From contig CAZPBD010000002.1 of the NCBI GenBank assembly GCA_964584655.1, positions 1-61,619 of the forward strand: 61,619 nucleotides of DNA, given 5' to 3'. A model generated the notes under the pieces. The model had not been told where the DNA came from. It saw nothing but the letters and a program-made list of their open reading frames with translations, and ran no database searches. Source of the DNA: an uncultured Pseudobdellovibrionaceae bacterium (GTDB lineage: Bacteria; Bdellovibrionota; Bdellovibrionia; Bdellovibrionales; Bdellovibrionaceae). A program made the translations under genes and the position numbers. Every line of letters starts with the position of its first letter. Positions within the stretch are counted from its first letter, which is position 1. Shown here piece by piece: positions 19,897-29,071 of the stretch.

Positions 19897-20955
19897 TTAA
19901 AACTCCCAGTTTTTTTCTTTGTACAGTTGCTCAACCGCAACGACTCTTGCGAAATCAGATTTTTCGTTTTTGGAGATCATCTTGTTTTCAATTAACCAAT
20001 CATCATTGAATGCTTTACTCAAGTAAGCTCGTCCATTGTCCGGCATCACAACCAATATATTGGATGGTTTTTTCAGAGTCTTAGAATATCTAATTGCAGC
20101 CACTAACGCCAAAGCACTTGATGGGCCGACACAAATACCCTCTTCAGCGATTAGTCTTTTCGTCATACGAAAAGAGTCTTCGTCATTTACTTGCACGAAA
20201 TCATCCATGTATTTGAAGTGGACATTGTCAGGTAGCATATCCTCACCGACACCTTCAACTTTGTAGGAAGCCGGTGGTGTGATCACTTTCCCTGAATAAA
20301 ATAAATCAAACAAAATACTTCCAATGGGATCGCTGCAAACGACTTTAATGTCTGGATTTTTTTCTTTCAAATATCTTCCAACACCTGAAAGTGTGCCGCC
20401 AGTGCCTGCTCCACCAACAAAAACATCGATTTTTCCATCCATTTGCTGCCAAATTTCTGGACCTGTTGTTTTGTAATGTTCAGTGGGATTGTCATCATTG
20501 TGGTACTGATTGGTGTACAGACAATTTGTTAAACTTTTCGCAATTCTCTTTGCGACTTCGTAATGACTTCGTGGATCTTCGGGCTCGACACCCGTGGGAG
20601 TCATCACGACAAGAGCACCGTAAGCTTTTAAGATGTCTTGTTTTTCTTTGCTGATTTTTTGGGGCATCACAAAAACGCATTTGTAACCTTTAACAGCTGC
20701 CACCAATGCTAGACCTTGTCCTGTATTACCGGACGTGGCCTCGACAATTGTTCCTCCGGGCTTGAGTTCCCCTCTTTTTTCGGCGGCTTCAATGATGGCA
20801 AGTGCAATTCGGTCTTTGATACTCCCGCCAGGATTGAAACTTTCAATCTTCGCAAAAAAATGGTGGGGGCTATCATCGATGACACGATGAAGTTTAACAA
20901 TGGGAGTACGACCCACGGTTTGAAGGATATTTTCATAAATTTGATGGCTTTTCAT
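19897..20955 (-). CDS. cysteine synthase / cystathionine beta-synthase family PLP enzyme
   Basis: NPGGSIKDR PLP-lysine motif, GNTG and GAGTGGTLSG loops. Start placed at Met13 (AGAGG SD). No Bateman (CBS-pair) domain. Confidence 0.85.
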   Translation of the reverse strand: MKSHQIYENILQTVGRTPIVKLHRVIDDSPHHFFAKIESFNPGGSIKDRIALAIIEAAEKRGELKPGGTIVEATSGNTGQGLALVAAVKGYKCVFVMPQKISKEKQDILKAYGALVVMTPTGVEPEDPRSHYEVAKRIAKSLTNCLYTNQYHNDDNPTEHYKTTGPEIWQQMDGKIDVFVGGAGTGGTLSGVGRYLKEKNPDIKVVCSDPIGSILFDLFYSGKVITPPASYKVEGVGEDMLPDNVHFKYMDDFVQVNDEDSFRMTKRLIAEEGICVGPSSALALVAAIRYSKTLKKPSNILVVMPDNGRAYLSKAFNDDWLIENKMISKNEKSDFARVVAVEQLYKEKNWEF

Positions 20956-21008
20956 AGAACCTCTGGATTGTTTTATCCAGCTGTCATGCACAGGACAAGA
21001 ATTTTACA

Positions 21009-21437
21009 CTAAAAAGACGAGGTGAGCTGCAATATGAAGGGTCCTAACATCAAAATTACACAGGCCGGGAAGAAGAACAGTGCAATCGGTATTAACATCA
21101 GATAGGGAAGTTTCGTAACGAGGTCATGAATCTGAATCTCAACTTGATTCAATACTTCATCTTCCATCGATAGCAGATTTTTGTAAATGGATTCACCTTT
21201 TAAACCCCGCTCAAGCAGGTGCATGAGGTGTTTACGGATGATCGTTCTTTGCGTATTGATGACATCTGATGTTGATGAGCCTTGCTGGACACGCAATTGC
21301 CACTTTAAAATTTCGGGCTGCCACTCATCTTGCTCTGAGTTCAAGTACTCTTGAATTCCCCGTTTCACACTTGACCCTTTTTCGATTGATTTGCGAACAC
21401 TCCAAATCAGCTTTAATGGAGAGGCTATATTTTCCAT
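21009..21437 (-). CDS. T2SS-F/TadC-like membrane protein (142 aa)
   Basis: The C-terminal KLPYLMLIPIALFFFPACVILMLGPFIL resembles the end of T2SSF (TadB/TadC/GspF) domains. Weak call made by eye. Confidence 0.45.
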   Translation of the reverse strand: MENIASPLKLIWSVRKSIEKGSSVKRGIQEYLNSEQDEWQPEILKWQLRVQQGSSTSDVINTQRTIIRKHLMHLLERGLKGESIYKNLLSMEDEVLNQVEIQIHDLVTKLPYLMLIPIALFFFPACVILMLGPFILQLTSSF

Positions 21438-22162
21438 TTAATGGACCTCATCAGCAAAAGAGTTAGCAATATTCCTGAAATAAATAAAATCCATGCCAAA
21501 ATCAGCAGTGGCATGAGATTTTTATCAAATCCGCCCCCCAAAGTATAAAAATTCAGAGCAATAAAGAGAGCGAACATAAACCATGCTTGGAATCGTGGGC
21601 CGCTTGTGACTTGAGAAATCTTCTTTACTGCATAAATTTCTGATCTCATCTGGCGGCGAAGAGCTTCTAGCTGATCAATTGTTTTCACTTGAGACGATTC
21701 AATCTCTAAAATTTCCCGACTCCAGGTCTTAAACCACTGGGAATTTGACTGCGCATGGCTTTTAAATTGAATGGATCTTTTGAGTTCACCCAAAAATGGT
21801 TTAAACCAAGACCTTTCTACGCTTTCAATCTGTTCAATCGCGGACCGAAGTGATCCTCCGGCTTTCAAAACGAGCAAAATATGATCGAGACACTGCAAAC
21901 AACGCTGTGGAAGTTGTTTTTCTCTGGTTTTTTTTAAGTAAATTGTCGCAAGAGGTGAAACTAAAATCAAAAATGTCACTGTCATCCACGTGATGAGCGC
22001 AGAAAATGCGAAGACTTCAGCAAGAAAACTCAGAATCAGGCTGAAAAAAAGTGCGAACACACTCAATTTTTTTTCAGATGTGCCGATTGAGTTAACAAAG
22101 AGTGAATTCATCCGAATTAAAACGAGAAATCCGATGTATGAAACTAGAAAAGTAAGCCACAT
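21425..22162 (-). CDS. T2SS-F/TadB-like membrane protein (245 aa)
   Basis: N-terminal TM helices, a cytoplasmic helical segment (LDHILLVLKAGGSLRSAIEQI ... LEALRRQMR) and C-terminal TM helices. Overlaps the next gene by 13 nt. Confidence 0.45.
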   Translation of the reverse strand: MWLTFLVSYIGFLVLIRMNSLFVNSIGTSEKKLSVFALFFSLILSFLAEVFAFSALITWMTVTFLILVSPLATIYLKKTREKQLPQRCLQCLDHILLVLKAGGSLRSAIEQIESVERSWFKPFLGELKRSIQFKSHAQSNSQWFKTWSREILEIESSQVKTIDQLEALRRQMRSEIYAVKKISQVTSGPRFQAWFMFALFIALNFYTLGGGFDKNLMPLLILAWILFISGILLTLLLMRSIKWKI

Positions 22163-22316
22163 TAACTAAATCTCCTGATCTGAATGATCAGCAAAAAGAG
22201 GGCCTTAATTTTTTAGTTGACGTGGAAAATTAAAATGTGAACACTTAACGTAAGTAAGGTTGTGTAAGCTCAACAATAACATGCACCAAATGGTGCGCTC
22301 TGTAGGAGGAGTCAAA

Positions 22317-22391
22317 ATGGCAAAGAAAAAAGCAACAAAGAAGAAAGCCACTAAAAAAGCTGCTAAGAAAAAAGCTACTAAAAAGCGTTAG
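22317..22391 (+). CDS. unannotated 24-aa polycationic peptide MAKKKATKKKATKKAAKKKATKKR
   Basis: Below the ORF-track size cutoff. AGGAGG (22304-22309) sits 7 nt before the ATG, the stop is TAG, and a strong hairpin terminator follows 20 nt downstream. Confidence 0.5.
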   Translation: MAKKKATKKKATKKAAKKKATKKR

Positions 22392-22410
22392 TTCTTAGTT
22401 CCGTAATTCG

Positions 22411-22457
22411 GAAAAAGAAAAACCCCCGAGGATTTCCAAGGGGGTTTTTCTTTTTTC
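22411..22457. terminator. bidirectional rho-independent terminator
   Basis: GAAAAACCCCC (22417-22427) pairs with GGGGGTTTTTC (22440-22450). A/T runs flank it on both sides. It lies between the convergent peptide gene and the OMP gene. Confidence 0.75.
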
Positions 22458-22473
22458 AAGTACCTCATGCAAA

Positions 22474-23022
22474 TTAGAAGTAGTACAGGGTTCCAATGGA
22501 GCCAGTTGGCATAATCTTTGTCCGATCCATAGCCAAAAGTGCACCAAATTCAATAAAGAATGACGCCCCAGCAAGATCTCCTGAAAGTTGATTGAATTGC
22601 ATCCCAGCAGATCCACTTAACAATTCCAGACTAAATTTACGAGACGACTTTTCTTTGTCATTTAGGAAGTTCTTTAATAGCGAAGAGTCACTTGCATCTG
22701 CCTGACTTCCTGAATTCCACCAAGCTGCAAGACCTAAAGTTGTATACGGTGTGAAGTATTCTCCCTCAAAAGCATGCTTCCAGCTCAGGGCTAATGTCTG
22801 GTATCCTGATCCCGTTCCGAATCCAGCCAGTACTCCATCATCATCTTCAATATTCAATTCGATTAATCCACCCAATACTCCGAGTGCACCGCCAACAGAC
22901 AGTCCGGCACCCACTTTTCGATCTTCTCGGAGCTTATAATTAGAAGGATAAGAAGATTCTTGTTGGGCCAATCCAACTGAGCACAAACAAACGAACAACA
23001 AACTGATCAATGAAACTTTCAT
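22474..23022 (-). CDS. small outer-membrane beta-barrel protein (182 aa)
   Basis: Leader MKVSLISLLFVCLCSVGLAQQ, Gly-rich alternating pattern and the aromatic C-terminus ...GTLYYF. Last gene of the Mla-like operon. Confidence 0.65.
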   Translation of the reverse strand: MKVSLISLLFVCLCSVGLAQQESSYPSNYKLREDRKVGAGLSVGGALGVLGGLIELNIEDDDGVLAGFGTGSGYQTLALSWKHAFEGEYFTPYTTLGLAAWWNSGSQADASDSSLLKNFLNDKEKSSRKFSLELLSGSAGMQFNQLSGDLAGASFFIEFGALLAMDRTKIMPTGSIGTLYYF

Positions 23023-23037
23023 AATTACCTCGTAGTT

Positions 23038-23814
23038 TTAAAGAATTCTTGCCCGGACGCCCTCTTCTTGAAAAAACTTTTTAATTGCGTCTTTATCAAG
23101 AGGCTCTAGTCGCCAAAGAAGCTTATGAAGCAGTTCATAGGTTTCTTCCGCTTTTTTACCGCGCATCTGGGTTGTTAAATAGGCCAAGTTATCACTGATG
23201 ACAACCGCATTATTCACAAGCCTTTCCACATCTTTGTTTTGGCGAGTTTTATCTAATAGCTGCAAAGTTTTATTGAAATTCGTTAAAAGTTTGTCCAGCT
23301 GCGCGATTGTATTCACAACCGTACCCTCGTTTTTTTCAATCAATTCAATCATTTTACCCGCAAGACCATAACTTTGAGAAATCAGCTGATCAATTCTTGG
23401 AGGATCTTCTCCGCGAATATGTTGTCCCGGTGTGAGATCACCAGACTCTGAGCTTCCGGGTGAAACCTCCAAAAATTTTTCTCCGATGACACCAGCTAAG
23501 TTAATATAAAATCGACTGTCCTTCTTAATTGTCGACCATGCGCTTTTGCTCAGTCCAATTGTAACTTGAAGCTGAACTTGTTCTGAGTTCTCGGATTTAT
23601 AATCGGGTGTGAAATCGATAGCTGTCACTTTCCCGACTTTGATCCCCATCACTCGAACTGGGGATCCAACCTCGATTCCACCAGCGTAGTTATACATGAC
23701 TTTTAAGGTGTAAGATTCGCTAAACGGCTGCAGAACACCCACCCAATATGCGAAAATAACAACCGCAAGAACTCCCGCCAAAGAAAGAATCCCCACTTTT
23801 GTTTCTATTTTCAT
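23038..23814 (-). CDS. mlaD: MCE/MlaD-family substrate-binding protein
   Basis: Single N-terminal TM helix plus an MCE domain (GIEVGSPVRVMGIKVGKVTAIDF) and a helical C-terminus. Confidence 0.85.
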   Translation of the reverse strand: MKIETKVGILSLAGVLAVVIFAYWVGVLQPFSESYTLKVMYNYAGGIEVGSPVRVMGIKVGKVTAIDFTPDYKSENSEQVQLQVTIGLSKSAWSTIKKDSRFYINLAGVIGEKFLEVSPGSSESGDLTPGQHIRGEDPPRIDQLISQSYGLAGKMIELIEKNEGTVVNTIAQLDKLLTNFNKTLQLLDKTRQNKDVERLVNNAVVISDNLAYLTTQMRGKKAEETYELLHKLLWRLEPLDKDAIKKFFQEEGVRARIL

Positions 23815-23825
23815 TTGTCACCCAC

Positions 23826-24545
23826 CTAGTAAAAATTTGAGAAAAAAGCCGAGAGTATAAAATCAGATACTATTATTAAAATTGAAGCTGTCACTACACT
23901 TTGAGTTGTTGCTCTCCCGACTCCACTGGCCCCTTGTTCAGAGTTAAATCCATAATAACAACTTGTCAGTGGAATGATCAGGCCAAAAACACCTGCTTTG
24001 ATTAGCGAAAACGCAAAATCTTGAAAGCTCACAAAACGATTCATCATTTGCCAAAAAAGTTCAGGATGAATGGATAAGGCCTGAGAGCTGACGATCATTG
24101 AGGTGTATAATGAAATAACGTTCGCAATCGCAACGAGCAAAATTGTTCCCAACACTGAGGCCAAAACACGCGGCGCGACTATATATTCGTAAGGATTAAT
24201 TCCTAGAAGTCTCAGTGCTTCGATTTGCTCTGATATTTTTTGGCTTGCAACTTCAGATGCCATTCCTGCGCCTACTCGCGAGGTCAACAAAAGCGCTGTG
24301 ACAATGGCTCCCAATTCTCGAAGAATCAAAAGTGCAGAGAATCCAGGCACCATCGAGTCACCTTGAATCACCAACTTCATGTGGAAACTGGATTCTAATA
24401 CAGTCACAATGGCAGCAAAACTCACACAGGCAAAAATAATCAACGAGCTTTCTACTGCTATGAAATAGATCTGTTCAACAACTTGCGAAAATCTTCTTCT
24501 GAAGTGTAGAAACCCAAGAAAGGAGGAATTCAAGAATTGAATCAT
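23826..24545 (-). CDS. mlaE: MlaE/YrbE-family ABC permease (copy 2)
   Basis: Multi-TM MlaE-like protein. Start placed at the ATG that overlaps the upstream TGA (ATGA at 24542-24545) rather than at 24599. Confidence 0.85.
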   Translation of the reverse strand: MIQFLNSSFLGFLHFRRRFSQVVEQIYFIAVESSLIIFACVSFAAIVTVLESSFHMKLVIQGDSMVPGFSALLILRELGAIVTALLLTSRVGAGMASEVASQKISEQIEALRLLGINPYEYIVAPRVLASVLGTILLVAIANVISLYTSMIVSSQALSIHPELFWQMMNRFVSFQDFAFSLIKAGVFGLIIPLTSCYYGFNSEQGASGVGRATTQSVVTASILIIVSDFILSAFFSNFY

Positions 24546-25309
24546 CTGACTTCTTTCACAATCTGAATCAAAATTTCCATGGAAAAGCTGGTGAGCCAAT
24601 CTAAAGTGACGATGCCAACCATCGAAATAACTGCAGTTCTAACGACAGCTCGACCGACTCCTTTTGCCCCACCGGTCACATGATATCCCTGATAAGTGCA
24701 AACAGCTGCTAACAGGATTGAAAAAACAAGACTTTTAACAAAGCCACTCAAGATAGAAATGCCAATCAAAAATCGCGGAATATGTCTAAGGTATTCTTCG
24801 ACTGAAACATTGGCATAAATGACTCCTAAAAACATTCCTCCGAGGATCGAGGCGAACAGTCCTCCAACCAATAAAAAACCAGAGGAAATAATAATTCCTA
24901 AAAACCTGGGCAATACAATTTCATTGATGGGGTCTGAGCCTAAACATCGAATTGCATCGAATTGCTCCGTTATTTTCATCGTCCCTAATTCTGAGGCCGT
25001 GAAAGCTCCCACTTTTCCACACAACATAAAGCCAATCAGCAACGGCCCCACTTCCCTGAAAGTTCCGCTGGTGGCCAACCCACCCAAGTAGCTAAGAGCA
25101 CCAAAGTCCCGCATTTGAAGTGTGAATTGAATTGTCATAACGGCACCAACGAAAAATCCAGCCATTATGATCGTAGGTAATGACTGGGTTGTGACGGTCC
25201 AGATTTGAGTCAGTAAATCTTGTCTGCGAAATTCAGATTTAAAGGTCAATTTTACTAGCTGTAAAAAGAAAAGAATATGATGACCTACGGGATCTAAAAA
25301 TCGTGTCAA
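24542..25309 (-). CDS. mlaE: MlaE/YrbE-family ABC permease (copy 1)
   Basis: Multi-TM MlaE-like protein (255 aa), clearly diverged from copy 2. Confidence 0.85.
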   Translation of the reverse strand: MTRFLDPVGHHILFFLQLVKLTFKSEFRRQDLLTQIWTVTTQSLPTIIMAGFFVGAVMTIQFTLQMRDFGALSYLGGLATSGTFREVGPLLIGFMLCGKVGAFTASELGTMKITEQFDAIRCLGSDPINEIVLPRFLGIIISSGFLLVGGLFASILGGMFLGVIYANVSVEEYLRHIPRFLIGISILSGFVKSLVFSILLAAVCTYQGYHVTGGAKGVGRAVVRTAVISMVGIVTLDWLTSFSMEILIQIVKEVR

Positions 25310-26037
25310 AGTCTGACCTCAGAGAAAAAACTCTTCACCAGCGGGTGGTTTGATTGACTGATTTTTTCTTTTTTATCGTCAAATATCACTCGACCCTTTT
25401 CTAGAAATAAAATTTGATCAGCGATTTGATAGGCACATTTCATATCGTGACTGACGACGATGGAAGTTGTTTTGTACTGCTTGGAAATATCTAAAATCAG
25501 ACGATTGATGGCTGTTGTTGATACAGGGTCAAGGCCTGTGGTCGGCTCGTCAAAAAGTAAGATTTCAGGCTGCAATACAAGAGTTCGGGCCATGCTGATT
25601 CTTTTTTGCATTCCATAGGAAACTTGTGCAGGTTTCAGATTTAAAATCTTGTGATCAAGCTTGACCGACACCAATGCTTTTTCAATTCGATCCGTTTGCT
25701 CCTTTTTAGACAGTTTAAAATGTCGAATCAAACCATAGGAAATATTTTCCTCGATGGATAAGGAATCAAATAAGGCTGGTTGTTGGAAAACCATCCCGCA
25801 CTTTTTTCTTAAGTCTAAAAGTTCTGAGTTAGTCAACTTTTCAACTCTTTGTTGGTCAATAATTACCTCACCTGAGTCAATTTTTAAAAGACCGATCAGG
25901 CATTTTAGAAGGATAGATTTGCCCGTGCCTGATTGCCCTAGCACAAATAAAATTTGCCCCTTTGCAACTTCAAAACTGATTTCGTTCAGAATGGGCTGAG
26001 TTGAAAAACTTTTAATTAACCGAGTGACTTGAATCAT
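25306..26037 (-). CDS. mlaF: MlaF-like ABC ATPase (canonical Walker B and H-loop, degenerate signature)
   Basis: Walker A GQSGTGKS, Walker B ILLFDEPTTGLD and H-loop VVSHD. The signature is VSYGMQ instead of LSGG(M/Q). Confidence 0.88.
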   Translation of the reverse strand: MIQVTRLIKSFSTQPILNEISFEVAKGQILFVLGQSGTGKSILLKCLIGLLKIDSGEVIIDQQRVEKLTNSELLDLRKKCGMVFQQPALFDSLSIEENISYGLIRHFKLSKKEQTDRIEKALVSVKLDHKILNLKPAQVSYGMQKRISMARTLVLQPEILLFDEPTTGLDPVSTTAINRLILDISKQYKTTSIVVSHDMKCAYQIADQILFLEKGRVIFDDKKEKISQSNHPLVKSFFSEVRL

Positions 26038-26874
26038 CTAGTCGGGCTCTCCATCAATAAAGTCACGAAAAGGTTGATGGTTCGTTTTTATCGCCTTTTC
26101 CGGAGGACCTAAATCAGTGACCTGCCCATTCATGACCATCAGAATTCTTGTCGCCATCTCAAACGCACGGTTCATGTCATTCAGAACAGAAACACAGGTA
26201 TTTTTATTTTCGATTTGGAGCCTTTGAATCAGCTGAACTATATTTCGAGCAGTGACCGGGTCGAGTCCCGCCACTGGATCATCCAGTAAGAGAAGTTCCG
26301 GTTTCAACACCAGTGCACGCGCTATTCCCAGTCTTTTCTGCATTCCTCCACTGAGCTCATCTGGGTAAAGATTAAGGGCGTGAGTAAGACCAACCGCTTC
26401 AATCAATTCCAGAGCTAAATCTCTATTTTGCTTTTCAGAGTCGGGCTTGGTTTCTTTCAAAGGAAAAAGCACATTTTCGAGTACCGTTAATGAATCAAAG
26501 AGCGCATTTTTTTGAAAAAGCATTCCTCTCATGAGGTAGTGAGAATTGCGTTGCGTTAAAGTCAGCCGCTCCCAATCTTGCTGCTGAAAAAAAAGAGTGC
26601 CTTTGTGATGGGCAACAAGTCCTGCAATGATTTTTAAGAGCGTGGACTTTCCCTGACCACTGGGTCCGATTAAAACCACATGCTCTTGTGGAAAAATCTG
26701 AAAATGAATTTCATTTAATATCGGTTGATCAAGACCAAAAAAGGATAGAGCTCGCCCCTCGACCAATGGACTCAGAGAATGGGTATTTGATGAGTGTTGA
26801 CTCGCACGGATCTCACTTGTCACAACCCTCAATTTAAGATTCAATGTGCCATTAAACGCAATTAGAAACTTCAC
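26038..26874 (-). CDS. MlaF-like ABC ATPase (canonical signature, degenerate Walker B and H-loop)
   Basis: Walker [10 protein letters not shown] and signature LSGGMQ. Walker B is LLLLDDP (Asp where the catalytic Glu is expected) and the H-loop is VLND (Asn for His). The GTG start at 26874 is uncertain. In-frame TTG/GTG codons lie downstream, and only 47 bp separate it from divergent mdh. Confidence 0.85.
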   Translation of the reverse strand: MKFLIAFNGTLNLKLRVVTSEIRASQHSSNTHSLSPLVEGRALSFFGLDQPILNEIHFQIFPQEHVVLIGPSGQGKSTLLKIIAGLVAHHKGTLFFQQQDWERLTLTQRNSHYLMRGMLFQKNALFDSLTVLENVLFPLKETKPDSEKQNRDLALELIEAVGLTHALNLYPDELSGGMQKRLGIARALVLKPELLLLDDPVAGLDPVTARNIVQLIQRLQIENKNTCVSVLNDMNRAFEMATRILMVMNGQVTDLGPPEKAIKTNHQPFRDFIDGEPD

Positions 26875-26921
26875 TATTTATTTCTATCGAGGGTCTGAAG
26901 CCCCAAAAACAAGGAGTCCTT

Positions 26922-27872
26922 ATGTCATCTTCTCACAAACGAAAAAAAATTGCAGTCATCGGAGCTGGATTTGTCGGCTCAACAGCGGCTCATTGGGCGG
27001 CTCAAAAAGAACTCGGTGATGTTGTTCTTCTCGACATCAATGATGGTGCTGCAAAAGGAAAGGCTCTGGATTTATTTGAATCTTCTCCTGTCGAGCAATT
27101 TGATTCAAAAGTAACTGGGACTTCAGACTACAAAGATATCGCGGGTGCAGACGTTGTGATTTTAACTGCAGGTATGCCTCGCAAACCCGGCATGAGTCGT
27201 GATGATTTGCTTCAAACCAATGCTAAAATCGTCAAAGCTTGCTGCGAGGGAATTAAACAAAACGCGCCTGATTCCGTGGTCATCATTGTTTCAAATCCTT
27301 TAGATGCAATGTGCACAGTTGCAAAACAGGTTCTTGGATTCCCACGAGAAAGAGTGATTGGTATGGCTGGAATTTTAGATTCTGCCCGCTTTCGATCGTT
27401 CATCGCAGAAGCTCTTGATGTATCAGTTAAAGATGTTTTTGGTTTTACACTGGGTGGTCATGGCGACACGATGGTTCCGATGCCACGTCACTGTTCAGTT
27501 GGAGGCGTACCTTTATCTGAACTGCTCCCCCAAGATAAAATTGATGCGATTGTTAACCGTGCTGTTAACGGCGGAGCTGAAATCGTAAAGCTTTTGCAAA
27601 CGGGTTCTGCTTATTACGCACCTTCAGCATCAGCAGTGCAAATGGCTGAAGCTATTTTAAAAAATCAAAATCGTATTCTTCCGTGTGCTGTCGAGCTCAA
27701 TGGCGAATATGGAATGAAGGGTCTTTTTATTGGTGTTCTTTGTAAACTTGGTGGCAAAGGAATGGAAGGCGTGATTGAAATCAAATTGAACGATACAGAG
27801 CGAGCAGGACTCGAGAAGTCTGCAAAAGCTGTTCGTGAACTTGTCGAAGCTTTAGGTAAATTACAATACTAG
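26922..27872 (+). CDS. mdh: malate dehydrogenase (LDH-like type)
   Basis: [12 protein letters not shown] Rossmann motif, [13 protein letters not shown] and the GGHGD segment. 316 aa. Confidence 0.95.
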   Translation: MSSSHKRKKIAVIGAGFVGSTAAHWAAQKELGDVVLLDINDGAAKGKALDLFESSPVEQFDSKVTGTSDYKDIAGADVVILTAGMPRKPGMSRDDLLQTNAKIVKACCEGIKQNAPDSVVIIVSNPLDAMCTVAKQVLGFPRERVIGMAGILDSARFRSFIAEALDVSVKDVFGFTLGGHGDTMVPMPRHCSVGGVPLSELLPQDKIDAIVNRAVNGGAEIVKLLQTGSAYYAPSASAVQMAEAILKNQNRILPCAVELNGEYGMKGLFIGVLCKLGGKGMEGVIEIKLNDTERAGLEKSAKAVRELVEALGKLQY

Positions 27873-27901
27873 ATCTACAACTCAGTTGAAGGAGCTCAAC
27901 C

Positions 27902-29071
27902 GTGAATATTCATGAGTATCAAGCAAAAGAAGTGTTACGTCGCTATGGGGTCGCCACTCTGAAGGGTGGCATTGCTCACTCACCAGACGAAGCCACAAAA
28001 GTGGCTCAGGAAATGGGTGGTTCGGTTTGGGTTGTAAAGGCACAAATCCATGCAGGTGGACGTGGCAAAGGTGGCGGAGTTAAAGTCGCAAAATCTTTAG
28101 CTGAAGTTAAAGATTTCACTTCTAAAATGTTGGGTATGAATTTGATTACTCACCAAACGGGTCCTGAGGGAAAAAAAGTTCAGAAGGTTTACATCGAACA
28201 GGGTTGCATGATCGCAAAAGAGTATTATGTGGCCTGTTTGGTTGACCGTGCCACTGGGCGAGTTGCAATGATGGCTTCAAGTGAAGGTGGAGTTGATATC
28301 GAAGAGGTCGCTGAACATCGACCAGAAGCAATTATTAAAGTCGACATCGATCCTGTGACTGGTCTGATTCCTTTTCAAGCTCGTGAGCTTGCTTTCAAAA
28401 TTGGAATTCCAAACGATAGCATCAATAAAGCCGTTGGTTTTATGATGGGACTTTACAAGGCTTTCATCGAAAAGGATTGTTCAATTGCTGAAATCAACCC
28501 TCTGGTGCTGACTCAACAAGGTGATATTATTTGTCTCGATGCTAAAATGAATTTCGACTCAAATTCTCTCTACCGACAAAAAGACATCGTCGAATATCGC
28601 GATTTAGCTGAAGAAGAACCCTCTGAAATCGAAGCTTCAAAGTATGATCTTGCTTTCATTAAGCTCGAAGGAAATATCGGCTGTCTTGTTAACGGTGCCG
28701 GTCTTGCCATGTCCACTTTGGATATTATCAAACTTCACGGCGAAGCCCCTGCTAACTTTTTGGATGTGGGCGGCGGTGCTAACAAAGAAAAAGTAACTCA
28801 CGCATTTAAAATTATTCTCTCAGATCCGAATGTGAAAGCCATTCTCGTCAATATTTTCGGTGGCATCATGAAGTGTGATGTGATCGCAGAGGGTGTGATT
28901 GCAGCTTCTAAAGAAGTTGGGCTGAAGGTTCCATTGGTGGTGCGACTTGAGGGTACAAATGTGGAGCTCGGTAAAAAGATTCTTAAAGAAAGTGGTCTGA
29001 ATATTACGCCAGCAAATGATTTAACTGATGCTGCGAAAAAAGTGGTCGCTGCCGTAAGAGGAGCTAAATAA
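27902..29071 (+). CDS. sucC: succinyl-CoA synthetase beta subunit
   Basis: [10 protein letters not shown]..., ATP-grasp domain and the [10 protein letters not shown] motif. GTG start after GGAG. Confidence 0.96.
   Translation: MNIHEYQAKEVLRRYGVATLKGGIAHSPDEATKVAQEMGGSVWVVKAQIHAGGRGKGGGVKVAKSLAEVKDFTSKMLGMNLITHQTGPEGKKVQKVYIEQGCMIAKEYYVACLVDRATGRVAMMASSEGGVDIEEVAEHRPEAIIKVDIDPVTGLIPFQARELAFKIGIPNDSINKAVGFMMGLYKAFIEKDCSIAEINPLVLTQQGDIICLDAKMNFDSNSLYRQKDIVEYRDLAEEEPSEIEASKYDLAFIKLEGNIGCLVNGAGLAMSTLDIIKLHGEAPANFLDVGGGANKEKVTHAFKIILSDPNVKAILVNIFGGIMKCDVIAEGVIAASKEVGLKVPLVVRLEGTNVELGKKILKESGLNITPANDLTDAAKKVVAAVRGAK

Noticed and set aside
21009-22162. Possibility that the 245-aa and 142-aa T2SSF-like ORFs are one frameshifted GspF/PilC-type gene (sum about 387 aa).
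   Set aside because: The domain order (TM helices first, one cytoplasmic domain each) fits two Tad-type proteins better than PilC. A 13-nt overlap with an in-frame ATG is normal operon architecture here. I cannot demonstrate a frameshift without homologues.
26875-26921. Only 47 bp between the divergent ATPase-1 (GTG 26874) and mdh starts, which would leave no room for two promoters.
   Set aside because: This is more likely a start-codon assignment problem for ATPase-1 than a biological oddity. In-frame TTG/GTG codons lie further in, and the first 35-40 residues are not ABC-like.
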